A stretch of DNA of 62,088 nt from Candidatus Omnitrophota bacterium (GTDB lineage: Bacteria > Omnitrophota > Gorgyraeia > 2-01-FULL-45-10). Each line of letters starts with the position of its first letter. The first letter of the stretch is position 1. Below, in pieces: positions 56,098 through 62,088 of this stretch. The notes beneath the pieces were generated by a model, which saw only the letters and a program-made list of their open reading frames with translations, was not told where the DNA came from and ran no database searches. The stretch lies in the NCBI GenBank assembly GCA_041648975.1, contig JBAZNZ010000011.1, positions 1 through 62,088 of the forward strand, given 5' to 3'. The translations under genes were made by a program, and so were the position numbers.

Positions 56098-57219
56098 TCA
56101 ACTATCCATCTTCGGCCATACTAAATCATACTTAACGCTCCGGCCCTTGCCGGGCAGCTGACGCAGTAATTTTTTATCGACCATATCCGCTATTTCACGA
56201 AACGCCGTAGCGCGGCTTACCCCGGCGATGCTCACATATTTGCGCGTTGTCAGGCCTCCGGTAAAATTTCCGGGACCCGCCTCGAGGATCCGGTTCAACA
56301 CTTTCTTCTGCCGCTCGCCAAGTCCGATTTGGGCATGCTGATTCCAGAAATCGACCCGCGCGAATATGTTGGCGATGATACTCTGCGAGTGCTCGATAGA
56401 CGCGGTAACGCATTTAATGAACCATAGATACCACTGCGTCACATCGATCCTGCATCTCTGGACGTCTTCGAGGATCTTATAATATGCATTCCTCATCTTC
56501 ATGATCTCGGAAGAAACACTGTAAAACCTGACTTTCAACTTCTCGTCATGGGCCAAAGCCATATCGGTCAGGGCCCGCGCCAACCGGCCGTTGCCGTCTT
56601 CGTAAGGATGTATCGTTACAAAACGCAGATGCGCGCTTGCCGCGCGCAGTATACCGTCCATGGTGTCGGATGAAGAATTCCACCACTTCAGGAATGATCT
56701 CATTTCTTCGTCGAGCCGCTGCCTTGGCAAGGCTTCAAAATGCACTTTTTCTTTGCCGATGGGGCCGGATACTATCTGCATAAGCTCACCGCCCCTCAGT
56801 CTTCCCACCCTGATCTTCCTCAATCCCGAATGCCCGGATGGAAATAGCGCGGCATGCCAGCCGTTCAACCGTTCCAACGTCAAAAGTTTGTCGTGAAAGC
56901 GCACGGCATCCAGCAGGACATCTACGAGCCCTTCAACATTGCGGTCGTGCGCACCCACACCCCTGGGCAGGCCAAGCTTAACGGCAACCGAGGAACGGAC
57001 CGCGCTGCGGTCAAGCCTCTGCCCTTCGATCTCCGCGGTCCGGACGGTCTCTTCTACCAATATATCGGCTTGGGCTTCGGTCTCAAGCTTAATGCCAAGG
57101 GACACTACACGGCCCAAGAGCTTCCCCTGCAAAACCCTCAATTCTCCCAGTGGTTTAAGCAGGCGGGCCTTGTCATATTTAAAATCGAACCAGTTTTTGC
57201 GTTCCCATATATACTTCAT
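56098..57219 (-). CDS. Fic-family protein (DUF4172-like N-terminus, C-terminal winged helix)
   Basis: It has the Fic motif HPYEDGNGRLARAL. The start was chosen at MKYIWERKNWFDF (57219) because the track's longer ORF runs through a strong promoter. Confidence 0.85.
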   Translation of the reverse strand: MKYIWERKNWFDFKYDKARLLKPLGELRVLQGKLLGRVVSLGIKLETEAQADILVEETVRTAEIEGQRLDRSAVRSSVAVKLGLPRGVGAHDRNVEGLVDVLLDAVRFHDKLLTLERLNGWHAALFPSGHSGLRKIRVGRLRGGELMQIVSGPIGKEKVHFEALPRQRLDEEMRSFLKWWNSSSDTMDGILRAASAHLRFVTIHPYEDGNGRLARALTDMALAHDEKLKVRFYSVSSEIMKMRNAYYKILEDVQRCRIDVTQWYLWFIKCVTASIEHSQSIIANIFARVDFWNQHAQIGLGERQKKVLNRILEAGPGNFTGGLTTRKYVSIAGVSRATAFREIADMVDKKLLRQLPGKGRSVKYDLVWPKMDS

Positions 57220-57277
57220 TTTTTGCCTTATGCGGTTGAAGCGATTAGATGGGCTAATCGCTTCATAATATGATACA

Positions 57278-57306
57278 ATTATATCACATATTGCCTCATC
57301 GGGCAA
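57278..57306 (-). promoter_or_regulatory. sigma70-like promoter (extended -10) for fic
   Basis: Minus strand reads TTGCCC (57306-57301), a 17-nt spacer, then TGA-TATAAT (57286-57278). Confidence 0.6.
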
Positions 57307-57326
57307 ATTTATTTTCGTCCATGCCT

Positions 57327-57794
57327 TTATCTATTGATATGCATTATAGCGGCGTTCAGATAAAATGCGAAGCTCACCCAAAATATGTACGGCATCAGCA
57401 GGTAAGCCGCGGACTTCGAGACCCGATAAAAAAGCGCTATGGTAAGCACTATCGCGCTCCATAAAAGCGCTATGACAGCCAGGCCTAACACAGGCGACCT
57501 CATTCCGAAGAACGCGAATGACCACAGGAAATTTAAGAGCATCTGCGCCCAAAAAACATAAAGCGCTGTCCTCGCGAGCTTGTCGCGCGCGCCCTTGTGC
57601 CACACCAGAGCCGCGGCTGTCCCCATCATAGTGTAAAGCACGGTCCATACCGGCGCGAATACCCATGACGGCGGATTGAGCGGCGGTTTCTTCAGGTAAG
57701 CATACCACATGCCGATAGAATCACCCATTGATAATGAGCTGATAAACCCGCCGACAAGGCAGGCGGCGATACAGATCATGATCTTGACTGCCAT
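57327..57794 (-). CDS. tspO: TspO/MBR tryptophan-rich sensory protein
   Basis: 155 aa with five TM segments and Trp-rich content, including PPLNPPSWVFAPVWTVLY. Confidence 0.88.
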   Translation of the reverse strand: MAVKIMICIAACLVGGFISSLSMGDSIGMWYAYLKKPPLNPPSWVFAPVWTVLYTMMGTAAALVWHKGARDKLARTALYVFWAQMLLNFLWSFAFFGMRSPVLGLAVIALLWSAIVLTIALFYRVSKSAAYLLMPYIFWVSFAFYLNAAIMHINR

Positions 57795-57869
57795 ATCACC
57801 TCATATGTATTGTCCCCAAATAAAAAAACCGGGTCACGCCTTGCGCCCGGTTTGGATCAATATGCGGTT

Positions 57870-57957
57870 TGTGCTCTCATTAGCTTATGGCCCCTTACTG
57901 GGCGTTATTATACCATTGTGGCAACATTCCGGGCAACTCATTTTAAGGTTATGGCGG
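57870..57957. repeat. about 88-bp direct repeat, copy A (carries a minus-strand sigma70-like promoter facing tspO)
   Basis: It aligns with 60080-60168, and the core ACATTCCGGGCAACTCATTTTAAGGTTATGGCGG is nearly identical. On the minus strand it reads TTGCCC (57936-57931), an 18-nt spacer, then TGG-TATAAT (57915-57907). Confidence 0.8.
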
Positions 57958-57993
57958 GAGGGGTGATTAGGGAGAGGTGGAAGACCTTTGCAG

Positions 57994-58036
57994 ACCTACG
58001 AGCACGAATCACTTAAACTCGTTCGACCTCGTAGGC
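57994..58036. repeat. REP-like palindromic element, same family, diverged copy 4
   Basis: The sequence is ACCTACGAG-CACGAA-TCACTTAAACTCG-TTCGAC-CTCGTAGGC. The outer arms are conserved, the inner arm changed on both sides (CGAA/TTCG still pair), and the loop is similar. Confidence 0.65.
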
Positions 58037-58192
58037 CGTGAGCAGGCGAATGGCCTCGGAACTTTTACTTTCATTCACGCCTTCTTTCTGGTATACTGCC
58101 CGTAAGCATTTCTTTTTTACAAAACGGTTGTTTATCCAACTTCATTTTTTTATGCGGGGAAATTATTCGTTTGAAAGGATGAGCGCTAAACT

Positions 58193-59269
58193 ATGAAAAG
58201 TATTCTAATAACCGGAAGCGCCGGGCTGGTAGGATCGGAGTCGGCGCTGCATTTCGCAAGTAAAGGACACACGATAATCGGAATAGATAACGATATGCGG
58301 GCGAAGTTTTTTGGGCCCGATGCGTCTACCCGCTGGAGTCTTCGTAATTTGCAAAAAGAGCTTGGCGGAAGATACAGCCATTTCAATGTTGACATACGAG
58401 ATAAGAAAAAGTTGGGAGAGATATTTAAGTCAAGGTACAGGAATATCAAGGCCATAATCCACACGGCGGCGCAACCTTCACACGACTGGGCTGCAAGAGA
58501 TCCGGAGACGGATTTTTCTGTCAATGCGGTCAGCACGTTAAATCTTCTTGAACTTGCCAGAAGATATTGCCCTGAAACGCCTTTTGTCTTCATGTCAACA
58601 AACAAGGTGTATGGAGACCTCCCGAATCGACTTCCGCTCATAGAAAAAAAGACGCGGTGGGAATTGGCTAGAGGGCACAAGTATTGCGATGGCATAGATG
58701 AAACGATGAGTATAGATCAATCCAAACATAGCCTGTTTGGCGCATCTAAGATAGCGGCTGACGTCCTTGTGCAGGAATATGGAAGATATTTCAACATGCC
58801 CACGGTATGTTTCCGTGGAGGCTGCCTTACAGGGCCAAACCATTCCGGTACGATATTGCATGGATTTTTGTCTTATCTTATGAAGTGCGCTGTAACCGAA
58901 AAAGAGTATTTTATATTCGGATACAAAGGTAAGCAGGTGCGTGATAATATACACAGCCATGACCTCGTCAGAATGTTTGATGAGTTCATAAAGAGGCCAA
59001 GGCGGGCAGAGGTGTATAATACGGGCGGTTCCAGATTTAGCAATTGTTCTATGATAGAGGCCATAGCTTTATGTGAGGAAATAGCGGGAAATAAGGTCAA
59101 GACAAAGTATTGTACAAAAAATAGAGAAGGTGACCATATTTGGTATATTTCAAATGTTAATAAATTTAAGATGGACTATCCTAAATGGAATTACGAGCAT
59201 GGTATAGAAGCGATTCTTGCGGAGATATATACGAAGAACAGGGATAGATGGATAAAAGAGAAGAGTTAG
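58193..59269 (+). CDS. extended-SDR NAD-dependent sugar epimerase/dehydratase (CDP-paratose-2-epimerase-like) with Phe in the catalytic Tyr position
   Basis: 358 aa with [16 protein letters not shown] and GKQVRD. The expected YxxxK reads FGASK (nucleotides ttt ggc gca tct aag). Confidence 0.75.
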   Translation: MKSILITGSAGLVGSESALHFASKGHTIIGIDNDMRAKFFGPDASTRWSLRNLQKELGGRYSHFNVDIRDKKKLGEIFKSRYRNIKAIIHTAAQPSHDWAARDPETDFSVNAVSTLNLLELARRYCPETPFVFMSTNKVYGDLPNRLPLIEKKTRWELARGHKYCDGIDETMSIDQSKHSLFGASKIAADVLVQEYGRYFNMPTVCFRGGCLTGPNHSGTILHGFLSYLMKCAVTEKEYFIFGYKGKQVRDNIHSHDLVRMFDEFIKRPRRAEVYNTGGSRFSNCSMIEAIALCEEIAGNKVKTKYCTKNREGDHIWYISNVNKFKMDYPKWNYEHGIEAILAEIYTKNRDRWIKEKS

Positions 59270-60024
59270 AATTCCCGCGGCGATTGAATGTTCTGGGAGC
59301 TAACGTGAGCCGAGTTGACTACGAGAGCGCCGTTAAGATAATCATGTCGGCCGCTAAAAAACGCGCAAGCATCGGTGTAACAGCGCTTGCTGTACATGGA
59401 GTAATGGAGGGTTATTTCAACAAAGAGTTTTTAGGTCAGCTAAACAGTCTTCATATGCTCAATCCTGATGGCCAGCCGGTACGATGGGCGTTAAATTTTC
59501 TTGGCGCTAAAGAGTTAAAGGACAGGGTATATGGACCGACTTTAATGCTGAAGATATGTGAAAGTGCTGAGCGGGAGAAGCTGCCGATATACATATACGG
59601 CAGCAGGGAAATTGTGTTGAAAAATTTGGTAGACAATCTAAAGGCTAAATATCCGGATCTCATAATAGTAGGGGCCCAAGCGGATAGATTTAGAGATGCT
59701 ACGACAGAGGAAGACGTTACAGACATAGCCGCCGTCAACAATTCTGGCGCTCGTATAGTATTTGTGGGCCGCGGCTGCCCGCGTCAGGAAAAATGGATTG
59801 CGCAACATATCGGCACGATAAATGCTGTCATGATCGGCGTTGGTGCCGCGTTCGATTTTCATGCCGGGATATTAAAGCAGGCTCCGAAATTTATGCAGGA
59901 CCATGGGCTTGAGTGGATATATCGGCTTTTGAAAGAACCAACACGCTTATGGAAACGGTATTTAATCCTCAATCCGTTATTTGTCATACTGTTCACCGCA
60001 CAGCTAATAAAAAGAAAATTCTAA
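59248..60024 (+). CDS. WecB/TagA/CpsF-family (GT26) glycosyltransferase, second copy
   Basis: 258 aa with [19 protein letters not shown]....AP.FM...[15 protein letters not shown]. It overlaps the epimerase gene by 22 bp. Confidence 0.85.
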   Translation: MDKREELEFPRRLNVLGANVSRVDYESAVKIIMSAAKKRASIGVTALAVHGVMEGYFNKEFLGQLNSLHMLNPDGQPVRWALNFLGAKELKDRVYGPTLMLKICESAEREKLPIYIYGSREIVLKNLVDNLKAKYPDLIIVGAQADRFRDATTEEDVTDIAAVNNSGARIVFVGRGCPRQEKWIAQHIGTINAVMIGVGAAFDFHAGILKQAPKFMQDHGLEWIYRLLKEPTRLWKRYLILNPLFVILFTAQLIKRKF

Positions 60025-60079
60025 TAATTGTAGACGTCCTATTTTTGGTACAGCCTATAGAGTGTACCTTTTTAGCTGT

Positions 60080-60168
60080 ATGTACTTTCATAGCCTTATA
60101 GCCCCTTATCTGGCGCCATTGTATCACTACAGCGACATTCCGGACAACTCATTTTAAGGTTATGGCGG
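60080..60168. repeat. about 88-bp direct repeat, copy B
   Basis: It aligns with 57870-57957. The equivalent minus-strand boxes are TTGTCC, 18 nt, then TACAAT, pointing antisense into the GT26 gene. Confidence 0.8.
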
Positions 60169-60193
60169 AAACCTATCCCATATATGTAAAAAC

Positions 60194-60225
60194 AAAAAAG
60201 ACCCTCAACTCCGGGGGTCTTTTTG
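60194..60225. terminator. bidirectional intrinsic terminator
   Basis: The sequence is AAAAAAGACCC, a loop, then GGGTCTTTTT, with an A-run on one side and a T-run on the other. It lies between convergent genes (the GT26 end at 60024 and the small ORF end at 60279). Confidence 0.65.
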
Positions 60226-60278
60226 TAGGTGATAGGCCTGATGGCTTCCGCTATCGCTCCATCTCCTCCATTTATATC

Positions 60279-60410
60279 TTACGCGGCGCCCTCCTTGTTC
60301 TCAGGCGCCGAATCTTTCGCGGGAATATTCCATCCGCAGACCGTACACATCTTGCATGAATGATCGATCTCATCAATATGTTTGCCGCAACTCGTGCATT
60401 TCATATTCAT
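60279..60410 (-). CDS. small zinc-ribbon protein (43 aa), below the ORF-track size cutoff
   Basis: My translation is MNMKCTSCGKHIDEIDHSCKMCTVCGWNIPAKDSAPENKEGAA*. SD AAAGGAG precedes the ATG. It has its own promoter-like boxes upstream and a terminator downstream. Confidence 0.55.
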   Translation of the reverse strand: MNMKCTSCGKHIDEIDHSCKMCTVCGWNIPAKDSAPENKEGAA

Positions 60411-60500
60411 CTCCTTTATTATGATATTCCTATTTTTAAACCTTTTTACTAAGTAGAGAAAAAAAATACGCCGCTACAAAACTGCTCCAACAACAATTGA

Positions 60501-60529
60501 AGTATACCCTATGAAATCATAATTGGCAA
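60501..60529 (-). promoter_or_regulatory. sigma70-like promoter for the small zinc-ribbon ORF
   Basis: Minus strand reads TTGCCA (60529-60524), a 17-nt spacer, then TATACT (60506-60501). Confidence 0.5.
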
Positions 60530-60543
60530 GGCCTGGAAGCCTA

Positions 60544-61590
60544 CTATTTTTTTTCTAACTTCAGCAGTTCTTTGGATACGGCCACCGCGCGTTCGACAAG
60601 GTCTCCGGCTTGCCGCTTAAGTTCTTTACTCGACGCGACATAATTTACGTTATTGTCCATGTCCTCGGCCTCCCAACCGCGGCTATGCGCTATAAAGGGG
60701 TTCCGGGGAAACAAGAATCCGAGCTCACTGAAGAACATCATCATGTTCCCCGCGACTGCCTGGACGTTATCCTGGCCTCCGGTGATTATAAAAGCCGCGA
60801 CCTTATCCTTTATGAGCGGCTTATTGTGGATGAGGATCTGGTTCTCTACGCAATTCAACCGCTCGGCCATCTTATAATACAGCGAACTCGCGTTCCCCCA
60901 GCGGATCGGAGTAGCGATGATAACGACGTCCGCCCAAAAGACGAGCGCCTCATATACCTGGACCAGCTGGTCTTTCTCATCGATCTGCGTAAAGGTGCAC
61001 GGCCATGTGCAGGCCCTTTCGTCTATCGAATAGAAACCGCCGCAATGGTTGAACTTCAAATCTCTAAGTTTTATCAGCTTCGTTTCCGCCTTTAACTTCG
61101 AACGTGCATGCGCCAGCGCCGCGTTAAGCAGGTCTTCGGATGTGGAATACCTCGGCAGGCTTTTGCTCATAGGCGTCGTTGAAATTCCGGCTACCCTGAT
61201 CGGGCCCTTCTCCCGTTTTACTTCCCGGGACAGGGGATGTACGGGATGGGGATATTCGACTCTCTTGTTCGATGGTTTTAAATTTATGAAGAGGCGGCCG
61301 GACTTTTCTTTTACCTCATGCCTGGGAAGACAGGCCTTCTCAAATGGGGGCTTGGCATGGCCGGTCTTTCTGTGGTACGTCCATCCGTGCCAGGGGCATA
61401 TGACATAATCGCCGTCCATCCTGCCTTTGCCCAAAGGGCCTTTTTCATGATTACACTCTCCCGACACCGCGGTGAATTCACCGTCCTTATAAATAAGCGC
61501 GATCCGGGTCTTCCCGGCGATAACTTGCCGGAGCGCTTTTTTCTTCAATTCCTTGACAGGCCCGGCATTGATCCAATTTTTATCCGGCAT
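60544..61590 (-). CDS. Rieske [2Fe-2S] domain fused to a flavodoxin-fold NAD(P)H-FMN reductase / iron-sulfur-flavoprotein-like domain
   Basis: 348 aa. The N-terminus has CNH...(17)...CPWH (Rieske). The C-terminal ~200 aa has IRVAGISTTP..., a Cys cluster HC..(11)..C..PC, and VIIATPIRWGN / FIITGGQDN blocks as in Isf/FMN-reductase proteins (recall). Confidence 0.75.
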   Translation of the reverse strand: MPDKNWINAGPVKELKKKALRQVIAGKTRIALIYKDGEFTAVSGECNHEKGPLGKGRMDGDYVICPWHGWTYHRKTGHAKPPFEKACLPRHEVKEKSGRLFINLKPSNKRVEYPHPVHPLSREVKREKGPIRVAGISTTPMSKSLPRYSTSEDLLNAALAHARSKLKAETKLIKLRDLKFNHCGGFYSIDERACTWPCTFTQIDEKDQLVQVYEALVFWADVVIIATPIRWGNASSLYYKMAERLNCVENQILIHNKPLIKDKVAAFIITGGQDNVQAVAGNMMMFFSELGFLFPRNPFIAHSRGWEAEDMDNNVNYVASSKELKRQAGDLVERAVAVSKELLKLEKK

Positions 61591-61602
61591 AGGATCTCCT
61601 AA

Positions 61603-62088
61603 TCTATTTCGTATATTCCGGCTACCCGGGCGGTGATCTTAATAGGATCAATTTTCGCCTGACTAAGTCAGTGGCAAAAATTGGCGGCGTCGAAGCCAGA
61701 GGCTTCGGCATCCGCCATCATTTTCATGAGAAAATGATGGCGGTGTGTTCTCGAGTCAGTTCGAACATATTTTAGGGGGTTCCCCCTAAAATAACCGCCC
61801 ATAAACTATCAACCCTGCTCGGCATCGTCCCGCCCTAACCCTAACCACAGGCGGGACTTTCGCGTCCTCGCTCCACAAGCTACAACACGAAAAACCGTAC
61901 GCCCCTACAGGCTCGTCCGCACCCGCCTGCTACAACCTAAAATGATCTCGTGGACGGCGGGTTGCCGAGCCACCCACGCGAAAAGACTCGAGAGCGAAAG
62001 GCAAATTTTGGGGCGCGGCAAAATTTGCCTTTCGCCCAATGACTCAAAATAGTTATGCTAAGCCTGCCGAGCCATCAAGAATACCTAA
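61603..62088 (-). ncRNA. unclassified hairpin-dense non-coding region: candidate large structured RNA or very long 5' leader of the Rieske-flavoprotein gene (strand and extent uncertain, may continue off-window)
   Basis: No ORF of 60 aa or more lies on either strand. At least eight inverted repeats are present, including perfect stems of 14 bp (61712-61743), 12 bp (61768-61793) and 17 bp (61994-62035). One CCGCC arm is shared between two adjacent hairpins. Distal complementary 8-mers are also present. Confidence 0.35.

Noticed and set aside
60162-60359. Track ORF of 65 aa on the plus strand.
   Set aside because: It starts inside direct-repeat copy B, reads through the bidirectional terminator, and is antisense to the better-supported 43-aa zinc-ribbon ORF.
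61835-61848. Telomere-like CCCTAACCCTAACC.
   Set aside because: Only two units are present, and they sit in the loop of the 61827-61857 hairpin. This is most likely coincidence.
61603-62088. Tested whether the structured region is RNase P RNA, tmRNA, SRP/6S RNA, a group II intron domain V, or a cobalamin, FMN or SAM riboswitch.
   Set aside because: The minus strand shows GAGGACGCGAAAGTCCCGCC, but the universal GGAAAGUCCGG / ACAGAA..CGGCUUA pair of RNase P is absent. There is no tRNA-like GGUUCGAAUCC...CCA end for tmRNA. There is no GAGCCGUAU...UACGGUUC domain V. Isolated GCCACUG, GGGCGGG and CGGCAACC strings are not accompanied by the rest of the riboswitch cores. The region is therefore left unclassified.
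62039-62088. Possible partial ORFs at the right edge: plus-strand ATG 62039 (MTQNSYAKPAEPSRIP...) and a minus-strand tail ending at 62053.
   Set aside because: Only 11-16 codons are visible, with no SD and no motif. They cannot be supported from this window.

Overview
This 62 kb chromosomal segment is coded almost entirely on the minus strand. It comes from an unidentified bacterium; Wza-type export, AsmA-like proteins and GT9 suggest a diderm, but the taxon cannot be fixed from the sequence alone. All family calls rest on motifs I read in the translations plus recall, with no searches run.

Contents from left to right:
- The 5' part of a secreted protein with at least 7 tandem cadherin-like repeats. 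The gene runs off the window start and is missing from the ORF track.
- A galT-like gene.
- A fused TIGR03546/TIGR03545-like envelope protein and an MFS transporter.
- A complete F1Fo ATP synthase operon (atpZ-like, then B-E-F-H-A-G-D-C). It sits directly downstream of a KimA-like APC permease and a membrane H+-pyrophosphatase.
- An envelope and housekeeping run: flavoprotein, Smr, AsmA-like protein, DUF4870, M28 peptidase, CxxC-x17-CxxC protein, PlsC, CorA, SPFH, DUF362.
- A promoter-to-terminator operon: trmH-family gene, ABC-F, B12 radical SAM, small ORF.
- A roughly 20 kb surface-glycan locus:
  - It contains an AT-rich (judged by eye) mosaic island at about 33.7-44.3 kb.
  - That island carries GT2, GT9 and GT13-like glycosyltransferases, a Wzy-like polymerase/ligase, several SAM methyltransferases, an MsbA/PglK-like ABC exporter and two gene remnants.
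  - Further right are a GT26 gene, a GDP-mannose-3,5-epimerase-like gene and a priming phosphoglycosyltransferase.
- An export operon: wza-like gene, Wzz/BY-kinase fusion, ExeA-like ATPase, variant HD-GYP protein.
- An HTH-Doc toxin-antitoxin pair, tpx, a SUI1/YciH-like gene, a Fic gene and tspO.
- A second epimerase plus GT26 cassette, flanked by roughly 88 bp direct repeats.
- A Rieske/iron-sulfur-flavoprotein fusion gene, preceded by about 0.5 kb of hairpin-dense sequence with no ORF of 60 aa or more.

I saw no rRNA, tRNA, CRISPR array or intact transposase.

The most unusual items are:
- the unclassified structured non-coding region at 61.6-62.1 kb;
- the trmH/ABC-F/B12-rSAM operon;
- the repeat-flanked glycan cassette;
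- a REP-like palindrome family with a conserved loop;
- the comM 3' fragment inside the glycan island.
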